From: Octopus vulgaris
Taxonomy: Eukaryota
Assembly (NCBI GenBank): GCA_951406725.2
Contig: OX597824.1
Location: forward strand, 30,628,001-30,692,000
Length of the DNA stretch: 64,000 nt
Direction: 5' to 3'
Shown here: positions 1 through 12,479 of the stretch, one piece after another
Numbering within the stretch: position 1 is the first letter of the stretch
Layout of the letters: the number at the start of each line of letters is the position of its first letter
The notes under the pieces: model-generated
Database searches by the model: none
Seen by the model: the letters and a program-made list of their open reading frames with translations, nothing else
What the model was told of the DNA's origin: nothing
Position numbers and translations under genes: made by a program

Positions 1-220
1 TTGTTGCAGTCCCAAGTTGAATTCCAACTGTCGGTCAATTTGTTCCAAAGTTCTTATCTCAACGTAAAATTAACAAAGCGAATGCCATTTACCTCCCCTT
101 TGATCTCTGACGTCATCTGACAAATGCCAAGCAAGATGGCGTTAATCGGCAAAGCTTTGCCTGCTAGAAATAGCAACCCAAATACTTTTAAGTCAGATCC
201 CAACGCTGGATGTTCAAGAA

Positions 221-349
221 CTAAATGAAGGACAGATTTTAAATCCCGAGATCATCCTGATTCCGAAAAGGTTTATGCCTATGTAGAGAAAATGTAGACT
301 GAAATACAAGGGTCCCGGACAGACAGAATTTCGCGTTTATTATTATAGA
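221..349 (-). mobile_element. Tiny non-autonomous Helitron-like element
   Basis: Minus strand reads A|TCTATAATAATAAACGCG...cgggatttaaaatctg (imperfect hairpin)...TTAG|T, giving a 5' TC, a subterminal hairpin, a degenerate CTAG end and an A|T target. Confidence 0.45.
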
Positions 350-399
350 TCATAATTTTAGTGCATTTCTTTTGTGGCGTTATAATTTGTTGATTATTG

Positions 400-933
400 C
401 ACTCTTGTTTATATCACTAGCTGGGAGATAAATCCCCGCTATTTCAAGCGCCGAAGCCACCAGATCACGTGGTTTCGACCTTTCTTGACCTCGTCAATGA
501 TGGACGCTCGACCGCTAGAAACAAGAGCGAATCATTCTACCGTCAGCGATATATCGAAAAACAATGCCAGAACAGGCGCTGGTGTCGCGATTTGCATCAA
601 ATGCCAATATGAGAATTTCTTTCGTGGTATCTACCGCAGCATAGTTTGTTCTAACAGAACATTCGCGTTTAAGTAGGGATAAATATTACCTCTTGGTATT
701 GATACTGCCTCAAATATATATTTTTTAACAAGCTCACTGACTAATCGTGAGACTAGCACTTGTTCAGGCACTGTTCTTCTGTATATCACTGGCGGGGAGA
801 TGAGTCGCTGCTATCTCTAGCGGTCGAGCGTCCATCATTGACAAAATCCAGGAAGGTCGAAATCCCATGGTCTGGTTGTTGAGGCGTTAGAGATGGTGGG
901 GATTTATCTCCCTACCAATGATATAAACAAGAA
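400..933. repeat. Long imperfect inverted repeat with ~200 bp arms, probable inverted PLE pseudo-LTR pair
   Basis: cttgtttatatcactagctgggagataaatcccc (403-436) pairs with ggggatttatctccctaccaatgatataaacaag (898-931). gtcaatgatggacgctcgaccgctaga (493-519) is the exact reverse complement of 816-842. A direct repeat also links 613-691 and 962-1040. Confidence 0.8.
457..503 (-). ncRNA. Minimal type I hammerhead ribozyme, U3 variant, partly decayed
   Basis: Minus strand: ccatca TTGACGA ggtc-aagaaa-ggtc GAAA ccacgtga TC tggtgg. Stem I has 6 bp, stem II has 4 bp with two wobbles, and stem III is near-palindromic. A more decayed copy lies on + at 832-878. Confidence 0.55.
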
Positions 934-1579
934 TTCATTTTGCACTAAAAGCTGATATGACAATTTCTCTCACAGTATCTACCACAGCATAGTTTGCTGT
1001 AACAGAACATCCAGAATTAAGTGAATATAAATATTATTTCCCGATAGTTTATGTAACACAGTTGTTGGTGCATACTGAATGAAACGATATGAAATAGAAG
1101 TAAACAAAGTCTGTTTTCGTTTAGAAAATGTGATGATTATTACGTCATAGCAGAAATAATGGTGTATAAATATTTAAAAGAACGCTTATTATGTGACGTC
1201 GTTTGAAACTATTTCTTTGCCAGACTAGAAAAAATTCTTTTAAAAAATGGGAGAAAAATATTTATAAAAACATGTCCTGAGATTCGTAAGAGATGAGGAA
1301 ATCATGAAGTCGGTGAGGATCATAAAAGATCAAGTAACTTCTATTTGTTCAAGGCTTAGAATTGATTGGCAGAATCGTTAGCACGCCGGACAAAATCCTT
1401 AGCAAAATTTCTTCAAGTCAAATCATGCAGAGCTCAACTTTGCTTTGTATCCCTTCGGTATCGATAAAATGCAGTACCAATCAAGTGCTTGAGTTGATGT
1501 CATCGATTGTGTTCTATAGCGACCTCATCGATTGTGTTCTATAGCCTCTTCCTCATGATCTTCGGTACAAAGAAATTGA

Positions 1580-1848
<269 letters not shown>

Positions 1849-1850
1849 GT

Positions 1851-2110
1851 GGAAGCGCGTGGCTTAGTGGTCAGGGTGTCAGCATCATGATCGTAAGATT
1901 GTGCTTTCGATTCCTGGACCGGACCACGCGTTGTGTTCCTGAGCAAAACACTTCATTTCACGTTGCTCCAGTCCACTCAGCTGGCAAAAATGAGTAACGC
2001 TGCGATGGACTGGCGTCCGATCCAGCTGGGGAACACATACGTCATTGAAACCAGGAAACCGGGCCCATGAGCCTGGCTAGGCTTTAAAAAGGCGCATTTA
2101 TTTATTTATT
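1851..2110 (+). mobile_element. tRNA-derived SINE, family A (CORE-like centre, (TTTA)n tail)
   Basis: A-box-like tggcttagtggt, B-box-like ttcgattcc, CORE-like cctgagcaaaacactt and a simple-repeat tail. An inverted homologue lies at 19128-19376. Confidence 0.85.
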
Positions 2111-2520
2111 ATCTATCTATTTAACTGCGTCTGTTTGCGCGCGTGCATGCATCTTTGTGTTTGTCTCTCATTCCTGACATCAGGCACCAGTGTGGTTGTG
2201 TACCCGTAATTAGCGACTCTATAAAAAGACGCCGATAAAATATGTACAAGACGTAGAAACTCTTAAAGGCTATACCCCATCATGGCTGCCCAGGAAAGAG
2301 TTAAAATATCGAAAGAAAAATTTATAGAAATGAATTTTCTTTGTGTGGTAATTTTTTTCACATACATAGTTTAATCCACACAGTACATCTTAAAAATAGA
2401 AAAAAAATTCATTTGCATTTTTTGTGATTCACAATTTAAGACCGAATCGTGTATTGAACCGATAAAATTGCTTTCAAACATAAGTTTACATAGCCAGCCC
2501 CCACCAGAAAAATCAATATC

Positions 2521-2672
2521 AGGCGTGATTGTGTGGTAAGAAGCTTGCTTCCGAACCACATGTTTCCGGGTTCAGTCCCACTGCGTGGCACCTCGGGCAA
2601 ATTTATTCCAATATAGCTTCGGGCCGATCAAAGCCTTGTGAGTGGATTTGGTAGACGGGAACTGAAAGAAGC

Positions 2673-2705
<33 letters not shown>

Positions 2706-2975
2706 TGTCTGTATTTGCCCCACCACTGCTTGACAACCGGTGTTGGTGTGCTTACGTCCCCGCAAGTTAGTAGTTCGATAAAAGATCGACAGAATAAGTA
2801 CTAGGCTTAAAAGAAAAAGTACTAGGGTCGATTTATCTTTACTTTGATACTTTGATAGGTTTCGGCCATTATTGGCCCAGGCCATGTCTAACTTAATAGC
2901 ACCTAAAAAATTTTCATGGCGGTGCCCCAGCATGACTATAGTCTAATGACTGATACAAATAAAGGATAAAAAATT
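2521..2975 (+). mobile_element. tRNA-derived SINE, family C (CORE-like, central (TG)n microsatellite)
   Basis: tgtgtggtaagaagcttgcttcc...gggttcagtccc head, CORE-like cctcgggcaa, internal (TG)n and a 3' gactgatacaaataaagg tail. Many homologues occur in the window. Confidence 0.85.
2841..2905 (-). mobile_element. Severely 5'-truncated CR1-group LINE 3' tail inserted inside the SINE
   Basis: Highly similar to the 3' UTR at 33554-33622 (ttggcccaggccatgtctaac...ttaatagcacc). It ends in (ATCAAAGT)2 on the minus strand. Confidence 0.7.
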
Positions 2976-3473
2976 AAAAGATCTCTAGAACCCTCAACAG
3001 GGAAGTGTGTTGGTTATATGAACACGTTAACGGAAGTAATCGCTTTGATGGATGACATTTCGAAAAGAATGTGCAAACAGCAGACACGTATAAAAATAAT
3101 AAAACAATAGACATACAAATACGCTCTAAATATATACAAACAAGATTTATTCACAAAAACAAAAGATATATAACAAAGATACACACAGGCACGTGAACAC
3201 ACTTTACTAAAAACCGTCCCGCGTGTTTATCGAATGAATGGAAAAGAAATACCAGAACAAAATTTGGGCAGTTTTAACTAATGTTATTTTAGCTTCCGCA
3301 ATTTTCAGAATTGTATATTTAATTGCTTCTCCACAGAACACATTCTCTCTGTCTCTCACTCTAGTACCCTTCATCATTTCTATCTCTCTACCCCTCCCTC
3401 ACTGACCCTCTCTGTCTGTTCCTTTCTATGTATGCATAAATATGACCATTTGTGCGTATACATAAATACATAC

Positions 3474-3523
<50 letters not shown>

Positions 3524-3569
3524 TGTATGTATGTATATATATATATGTATATATATATATGTATGTATG

Positions 3570-3603
<34 letters not shown>

Positions 3604-3624
3604 TCTCTCTCTCTCTCTCTCTCT

Positions 3625-3700
<76 letters not shown>

Positions 3701-3808
3701 ACATGTATATATATGTATACATACATATATGTATGTTTGTATGTATGTATGTATATATATGCATCCATTTCCGAGTATGTATATATATATATATATATAC
3801 ATGCATAT

Positions 3809-4044
3809 ATGGGAACAGGACATCACGAACGGTGCAAAAGAACATGAAATACGTAAACAACGAGAAAAATGGAACACAGGACAAGTAAACCCGGAGAAAG
3901 GGCCCTTCATCAGTTGTGGGTTGTCTGAGTAGACAGCCGACAACTGATGAAGGATCATTTCTCTGTGTTTATTTGTCCTGTTTTTCCTTTTTTCTCGTTG
4001 CTTATGTATTACATGTTATTTGCACCGTTGGGGATGTCTTGTAC

Positions 4045-4048
<4 letters not shown>
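3809..4048. repeat. Fold-back palindrome with ~118 bp arms and a 4-nt loop between (TA)n tracts
   Basis: ccttcatcagttgtgggttgtct-gagt-agacagccgacaactgatgaagg at the centre. The arms pair imperfectly out to atggg/cccat. Confidence 0.9.
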
Positions 4049-4096
<48 letters not shown>

Positions 4097-4349
4097 AACT
4101 ATATATTATTAACTATATATATATTAGAAATATTGCATTTCTAAATCTCTCAAAGAAAGTTATGCGGTAGCAGCGCGATAAAGTGATGATTTGTTGCCAA
4201 CTTAATGTGACAGTCCAAGGAAAGGGAAGAGTGCTACTGCTATTTAGCCCCAATAAACACCGATTCTAGTTCGCTATGTGACACAAGCGTTCTGTGTCCT
4301 TAAGTTTTCAAACAGGAGAGATAAGCACCTCCACCCAACAAAGCCAGCT

Positions 4350-4391
4350 TCCAGAGACTAGTTTCAGGGTAATACCCTTCATCAGTCTGGA
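4350..4391 (-). ncRNA. Minimal type I hammerhead ribozyme, canonical core (PLE type)
   Basis: Minus strand: tccaga CTGATGA agggt-att-accct GAAA ctag TC tctgga. Stem I has 6 bp, stem II has 5 bp, stem III is the palindrome actagt, and the cleavage triplet is GUC. Confidence 0.85.
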
Positions 4392-5283
4392 GTAGCTTGG
4401 CCTTGCTAACTGTCGATGCTAAATCGCTCGTATATATATATATATATGTACATATATATTTATGTGTGTGTGTTTTTGTGTCTGTGTTTGCCACCGCACC
4501 GTCGCTTCACAACAAGTGTTTACGTTCTCGCAATTTAGCGATTCGGTAAAAGAGACTGATAGAATAAGTACTAAACTTACAACGATTAAGTCCTGTTGTC
4601 GATTTCTTCGACAAAAGCACACACAAGACATAGACATGTTGTTTCCTGTTCAGTCATCGTCCAAAATATGATTACAATTTCACGCCTTTAACGATAATAA
4701 TATTGTTAACTATGGTGGCGTCAACAGCGAGTAGCTATTGGGAATAGTCAGCAAACGTTGATTTCAGTGACGCAAACAAATGTGAATACGACATAGGTAT
4801 AAATGTAAATATACAAACAAAAGAAATTATACATTGTACAAACAAAATAAGGCCGTGGGGTTAAGACAAGGCAAGAAACGCAATGGAAAATGTCCTTTAG
4901 GTTTGGAAAGGCGAAAAGAGTGAAAAACGAAACCGAAGTTGAAAGTAGAAAACATGAAAGGCTAGGAGAAGCATGACTAGACAAGTCAGCGGTCAACAGA
5001 AAAGGAAGTTGAAAAGAGAATGGTCACGGGTCACGGGATAGTGGGAGAAGAGAGAAAAAAGGGTAAGGCAGAGAGACAAAGATATAGAAGTAAGATGCTA
5101 AGAGAGGACAGGAGAGGAAGAGAAGAAGAAAGAAAAGAGGTATATATCATATTTGATGGTATATAGCAGGCACTTCAAAGAAATGTCTTTAGAAATCATC
5201 CCGGGTCCTACATGGAAAGTTGCACTTAGGGCCCAGCCTTCATGCGCTAAAAACTTCCTTCCTGAATATCCGCTGCTGAAAGT

Positions 5284-5332
5284 GGGGTGCGTCTAATATG
5301 CCCGTGCGTCTTATATGTCATGAAATACGGTA
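5284..5332. mobile_element. Isolated terminus of a Tc1/mariner-superfamily (Tc2/pogo-like) element
   Basis: ggggtgcgtctaatatgcccgtgcgtcttatatgtcatgaaatacgg-TA has a repeated gtgcgtct subterminal motif and a TACGG-TA end, the same terminus type as 37060-37222. Confidence 0.45.
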
Positions 5333-5344
5333 TATTCACACACA

Positions 5345-5419
<75 letters not shown>

Positions 5420-5439
5420 ATACAAATATAATTAATTCC

Positions 5440-5512
<73 letters not shown>

Positions 5513-5648
5513 GTACACACACATATATATATACACATTCACACACATTAAAACATATAAATATTTTATGTGTTAGTATATATAAATATGTGTATGTATG
5601 CGTGTGTATATATATATATATATATTATGTGCATATATATGTATGTAC

Positions 5649-5688
<40 letters not shown>

Positions 5689-7315
5689 ATGAGGGTGTCT
5701 GAGAGACACCACCATGCCGAAATAGCAGTCGAAACTCTGACTATAAAAACCACGTTAAATGTTCATATCGTACCATAGATAGATTGTTAAGTGCCTATGA
5801 TAGGATGACTTGTTTTGTAACAGGATGTGACACTGAAATTTTGATTTGCTGGTTCATCTAGAATGAAAGAAATTTCCAGTTTATTAATAGCGTTGCGGTT
5901 TTAGTCCCCCCCCCTTTTTTTTTTTTATAAAAGTAGTTTTGTTATTTTGTTGTTCACAGGAGCGGATGAAGGAAACTCAATATCATTGCTTTTGACATGA
6001 ATATTGCCGATAGATAAACTTTCATTAAATTTCATCATAAACCACTTTACATCTTTCACTATAGAGCATGAGATTATTTTATTTGGTCATTACCCTTTTC
6101 CCGGTGGCTTTCCTGTATTGTTGTAATGAAATCCACGTCCCTGAATACGCTTTTACATTTTGGTTGATTGGATGGTTTTTGTAGTGAAATGCTCTCCCTT
6201 TTCAATCACTTCCCAACTTGGATTGGGTTAATTTTATCAAGGACTGGATTAAGACCCATAAAGTAAAGTTGATCTCAGCTAGATTCGAACTTCGAACCTA
6301 AACGGCTGAAACTAAATAGTGCAAGACATTTTGTCCGCCAACCCACTGTCCTTTATAATTTTGTAATTTATGCACAAGGCAAGCTATTTTAAGGAGAGAT
6401 GATCAGTTAGTTACATGGGTCCTAGAACTTTATTTTATTTTATCAATCTCCAAAAGATGAAAGGCTAAGTTGAGCTCGCTAGCATTTTAATTCATAGCGT
6501 GCAGAGCCGGACCAAATGTCGCAAGTTATTTGTCCGACTTTATACAACATGGCCATTGTCATGTGAATCAATAAAAAAAACTTTATGTCACCACTAAAAT
6601 TAGCCCTAACGTCTTAAAAAATTACTATGAAGTTATAAATATACATGCTCTGGTCACGGTTGGGGCACTTTTAAGGTCATAAGCTGTTTAGTCTCAGATC
6701 AGTACAGATCTCGGGACTAAACTGCAATAGACACACTTACTGATCCAACCAAGGTACCTCTGTTTTGTTGAAGGACTCGCAATAGTAATTTATACCTAGA
6801 TGATATGATTTCGATGTATCTATTTTGTCATAACCTACGTCGTAAAATGGTGGCGAATCGTTAGCTGTTAGTTGTCCTTGTATCTATTAAAGATCAGGTT
6901 CCTTTCTCACTTCAAGCCTTAATATAACTTTTTATCGTTATATTTCGGAATTTTCTCTCTTGCTTTATCTTTTCAAGAATCGTCATTAAAGCTAAACGAT
7001 TTTTCTTCTAATTACTGCAGTAATTTCAATTGACTAAAGTTCTTTTTGGCTCACTTCAAAAAGTTCATTCTCAGTTAATTATAATTAATCATGTTTTTTT
7101 TCAAGCTGGGCGTATTCATGGGAATGTTTTCCAATGCTATCAATTACCTATTGTCTGAGTCACATAATTATTTCTAATGATTATTGATAATTCTTCTTGA
7201 ATTAAAATTGTTAACATCAATTTATCTTTCTTTTGGTATGTCAATTACTTTTATCACCATATAATTATGCTTTAATGTTCTTAATATTCCATTATAATTG
7301 TTAAATTTTATTCCA

Positions 7316-7414
<99 letters not shown>

Positions 7415-8249
7415 CATCCACCTACATATTTATTTTAAATTCGCCTTTAAATTCCTTTTGCATTAAATATGCTATCAGTTTAACTATGCATCCGCTTATC
7501 ATACCATATAATTAGTTTGAATTAGTTTGTTTTTAAAGCTCCCTGCATTAGATACATTTGATGTTCCCTACATTAGTATCTCATGTAGAGAGCATTATCT
7601 ACTTGCTTCACCAGAAATTTCCACATATTTTTCTAAGGGTCCCCGCAAAAAATACATAACCCCAAAGTACGAATCTATATAGCGATCTCTTGTGTCACAT
7701 TTCAAGTAGGCATTTTAGTACCCTTTCATTAAATATAATAAGATTCGGTGTACACAATTGAAATAACATTAAATTAAAACAGCCACCTGGGCACCATACC
7801 TAACATATATGCACATAAAGTATCTTAAGACTAGTTCACCTATCTGTTTATGTGACTATCGATCTCATCATGTGTGTATATGTAGTTGTTTTTTTTATTT
7901 CCACTCGCATTAACACGTTTGGAAAAGCTGAGGCACACTTATACATACCTGTATATAATAATACATGCCAGCATACTTATATACATTTATGCTTACAAGT
8001 ATACACACACATATATACAAAAAACAAACAAACACAACACACAAGTAAAAACAGACAACAACAAAAGATGAACAAAGAAGATTCTAAGCAAACTTTCGAC
8101 CTGGTAGAATTGGCAGCCAAATACACTTTAAATAATACTCTGTTGTCTGAGAAAAAAAAGGATACATTTAATTATGTTTTAGAAGTAGCAGGTCTAGGGA
8201 AATACAGGATGACCACAGTAGGAACACCTTTTATTATAACTCGCAGCCT

Positions 8250-9660
8250 TGCTTAACTCTTGATTTTTACACTGAAAGGTTTTTGATTTTTGTACTCCAA
8301 CAACTCGAACCATCATTGTTGTATGCCAGAGAAGATTTATGAATTTGGGCAGCGTGACTATTCGAGAACATACCACTGAAGTTCCCTGCTTACGGTATCA
8401 ATAGCTTTTGACAAAATAAAAAAACCTGAACAGTTCCCACTGTTGTTCGTTGCATTTCTCCTGAAGTTGCTCTGTAACGAAAATTATTTTAATTGTAGAT
8501 CGATTCCCGAAGATACCGTACTATGATTTTGGTGTGATATTTTCTGACATTGATTGGAAGTCTTTTTAGTGTTACTCCAGCTAGGACTTCTATAGGAATG
8601 AAATATACACTCTACTTATAGGGCGAACAGATTAATCTTACTTTTTTATAGAGATGTTGTTATTCCTTCGACGTCGATTTATATATTCCTGATTCTACAC
8701 CTCTGTGATGCAGCGACGAATAGCCATTTTGGCAGAGGTAATTCTTTCTTTCAAAATATCTACGAAAATGTCTACTTTAGGAGATTTCATTTAACGTTTT
8801 GATGACAGCAAAATTTCAGCAAATGTTTTAGGTTTGTCAATATGGTGAATGACGGGAATTATAAAATTTCTCGATGACTACAGGACTCACTAGTTTAGAC
8901 TGGTTTAAGAGCAACTTGAAGTGTTCTATCCGTTGTTCCATTATTGTCGACTGATCGTTCAGTACAAGTGTGCTATTTGTTGACTGTTGTGGAACAATTC
9001 CTGAGGCCATAGAGGTTATTTATCGCACTGTAAACATAGTTTATTTATGCTTTCTTGCATGAATCTGAATTTCTTGAGCTTTAGCAATGTACCATTAATT
9101 TTTCAGACTTGGAAGAGGGGATTGAGTTGCATTCCGAAGAACTCGCAACCATTTTTCATGAATATGTGATGAGCGATTGTTTAGCATTGCTCTGTTGGCC
9201 ATCAACATGTCATTCCAGAAGTCTACCGACTCTGTTGGAGTTCTTATTGAACCTGTCTTTATGTTTTCTTTTTATCTTGAATCCGTTGGTTTCGGCAGCA
9301 TGATCAAAGTATGAACCTTAAAGAAGACCATTTCTTTCTCTTCTCAGATCCCGAGATGTTACGTGTGTCTGTAGCTTTCAGTTGGAAGTTATAAAGTGAT
9401 AAAATTCTTTACAAATATTTGGAACTGCCGAGGTTAAAGCAATTGGATCTCTTGAGATTTGGTATACTTTAAGCGTCGTAAAGAGTACACTAGTAATCTG
9501 ACTATTGATACAATTATACCATTGCCTCACACTCGCTCTTTTCTTCGTACAAGTGAATACAACATCTTTGAGATCTACCCATCAGACCATGATGTTGTTA
9601 ATACGACTACAGTTTTTGACCTGGGATGTATCCCCGAAATCCTCTGTTTGTTCTTCTGGT
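8250..9660 (-). mobile_element. Decayed RTE-clade LINE, reverse transcriptase fragment
   Basis: Minus-strand peptides TPKS*YGIFGNRSTIKIIFVTEQLQEKCNEQ, SKAIDTVSRELQW, PKFINLLWHTTMMVRV and RVKQG match RTE RT motifs (PESQCGFR..RST.DMIF..RQLQEKC.EQ, KAFD.V.R, GVKQG). Many stops and frameshifts; the 5' limit is approximate. Confidence 0.8.
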
Positions 9661-10032
9661 AACCGATGAGGTTGATAATAACGAGACCGTGCTCACAGAG
9701 AAAGAAAGTAATACTATTGCTGTTAATTTTATCAAATCACTGCACCTGATCACGCGGTCTCACTCTTTCCTTTTCTATTTCTCTGTGTTCTTGCATTAAA
9801 ATCACTCATTAGAATGATTAAGGTGATGTTCTATTTTGTTATCTTAATGCCTGACCATTATCTGACAGAATGAGTCGTTTTGCTATCAGGTGACAAAACT
9901 GGGGGCATAGGCACGTACACGCATGCATACTCACGCACACACACTTATACACAAAAATATGCACATATACACACAGCAATAACAGGTAGCAACAACAGAA
10001 ACATCACACTTTCGTACATATACTTATACCTA

Positions 10033-10899
10033 CGAGGTGTAGTCAAAAAGTACCCGACCTTTGGCCAAAAAAGAAGTAATATTCAAAAACTCACCATTTT
10101 GATTTAGTCTCCTTCAAAGTATTCGCCTTGGGAGTTTATACTCTTCTGCTAGCGTTCCTGCCACTGCTGGAAACATTTCTGGAAATCACTTTTTGGGATG
10201 CTGTAGAGCTGTGCCGTCGAATTTTGATTAATGTCATCTGTCGACTCAACTCTCCCTTTGAATGTTTTTTGAGCAAAATCTGGAGAGTAGGAAGCCTGAC
10301 GAACAGGTAGTATGTTTTGCTTGACAAAGAATGCTTGGAAGACGTGGGCGGAATAGACTGATTTAACGGAACTGACTGAACTGACCCTTGGCTGATTCCA
10401 ACTTCGGCAACAATCTCATCAATAATCACATGACGGTTTTCATGGATTATTCCTCGAATCTTTCCAATCATTTCGTCGTTTCTGCTAGTTGATGGTCTAC
10501 CACAACGTGTCTCACTGTCCTCCAAGGTGGGCCATCTTTGAATCGGTTGTACCACTCCTTTATTTGTGTTTTTCCCCATATCATCATCTCTAAAAGCCTT
10601 TTGAATCTTCTCGATGGTATGGGCTTGCGTATCACCAAGTTTTTGGCAGAATTTGATATAGTGTCTTTGCTCAATATGCTGGGTCATCTTAACTAAAAAA
10701 AAAAAAAAATCGTACACCACACTCTTCACGTTTGCACTCAATGTGTCACTGCGGGCAAATGGCGCAACCTACTGACACGAAAATGTTTGCTCATGCTCAG
10801 GAAGAACGCAGCTACCTAGTACGTATGCTGATTTTGCTCATACACTGTTATTTTTGTGCAAAGAAAAATCAAGGTTGGATACTTCTTGACTATACCTCG
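10033..10899 (-). mobile_element. Internally deleted mariner transposon with both TIRs
   Basis: 28 bp TIRs cgaggtgtagtcaaaaagtacccgacct and its reverse complement at 10872-10899 (4 mismatches), with TA on both sides. HTH peptides EQRHYIKFCQKLGDTQ, KEWYNRFKDG and GRPSTSRNDE are present. At 867 bp, the catalytic domain is mostly missing. Confidence 0.92.
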
Positions 10900-11237
10900 T
10901 ATACATAAACTCACACATACACATGCGCATATATTCGCAAAAAGGTTCACATATAAACACATGAGCACACTACCACTTAGAACACGAACACATTACAACA
11001 CATCAACAATAATGACACGTATACCGACACATACACAAACGTTAGCACGTACACGTCCACAGTTATCCGCAAAAATGTACAGCACAACCAGCCGCCACTC
11101 GCGACTGAGCGTGGCTTGGCAACATGTACGATGCTTTCCCAAATTGTTTTAAGTGCCTGTATAGTCACGAAGTGACACAGGCACCCTTTCAGCTCCTCAC
11201 ACTTTACCTTGAAGTACTTCTAGTCTGTGACACCTGG

Positions 11238-11355
11238 AGGAAAAGAGAGAGAGAGTGAGAGAGAGAGCATGAGAGAGAAATAAAGAGAGAGAGATAGAAA
11301 GAATGAGAGAGAGAAAGAGAGTGAGAGCATGAGAGGAAGAGGAGCGAAAGAGTGT

Positions 11356-11386
<31 letters not shown>

Positions 11387-11640
11387 GGAGAAAGAGAGAA
11401 GGAGTGAGAGCGTGAGAGGAAGAGAGAGCATGAGAGGAAGAGAGAGGAAGAGAGGGAGAAAGAGAGAAAGATAGTGTAAGAGAATGAGAGATGGAGAGAG
11501 CGTGAGAGGAAGTGAGAGGGAGAGAGAGGGAGAAAGAGAGTGTAAGAGAAAGAGAGAGGGAGAGAGAGCGTGAGAGGAAGAGAGAGGGAGAAAAAGAGCG
11601 TAAGAGAAAGAGAGAGAGAGAGAGAGAAAGAAAGAGAGAG
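11238..11640. repeat. Polypurine (GA)-rich composite repeat with recurring gagagc(a/g)tgagaggaaga units
   Basis: Directly visible; explains ORFs 11197..11646 and 11204..11656. Confidence 0.92.
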
Positions 11641-12308
11641 CTGCACCTGTAATCAACAGAGTAGATTTGAGTAGCGTGAAATTACCTTTGAGTGGACTGA
11701 ATTAAAGTGAAGCGCCTAGCTCATGGTTAGGTAGAACGTGTTGTCCGACCTTGGAATTGACCCCACAACATTATGATCGTGAGCCGAATACTTTAACTAT
11801 TAGGCCAAGTCCGATTCTATTTCGTGTCATACAGGGTAAATGGCAGTTTTTATAGTCTCGGGTTGAGTCATACTTCGTGAGTGAAATTGAGTTAAGTGAA
11901 ACTGTACAGAAGCCTGTCGGATGGATTGTACCTGTAATTTCAAAGTGTCATGCTGATTCTGTCTGAAAATAACACTAAGAGTTCACGTGTCTGTAGGGGT
12001 GTTCATCCACGTACCCGTTAATTTCAGGAGCAGGTAATTCAGTTGATCAAACAGCTAAATTATCATCGTCGACACTGACGGAGAACCAACCGCAAAAGAC
12101 ACATCACCTACGCACATACACACAAACCACAGCACCTACGCACATACACACAAACCCACATAGGAATGTACACACTCAACATCAACAAAATTATTCATAA
12201 ACAAGCATACCCACACATTTATACACAAAATATATTTACGAACATGCACACTCATTCATACACCCTTAACCCACTACATATATATAAACAATTATTCACA
12301 CAGACACA

Positions 12309-12365
<57 letters not shown>

Positions 12366-12479
12366 ACGTACACGCGAGTGCTTTAATACACCCGCTCGAT
12401 AATAGAATACAGCGCAGTAGACAACAAGCGATGTTGAACATTTAATCAACATCAACGAAATTCAGCCATAGATGAGGAA

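Noticed and set aside
1851-1925. tRNA-like sequences at SINE heads (also 2521, 16607, 40303 and 45154)
   Set aside because: A and B boxes are present, but no complete cloverleaf was seen and each continues into a SINE body.
3380-3958. Long ORFs rich in YI, HT, CV, LS, ER or MYVC repeats here and throughout the track (for example 35368-35940 and 51577-52239)
   Set aside because: They are translations of stop-free (TA)n, (CA)n, (GA)n, (TATG)n and (TATC)n microsatellites, not genes.
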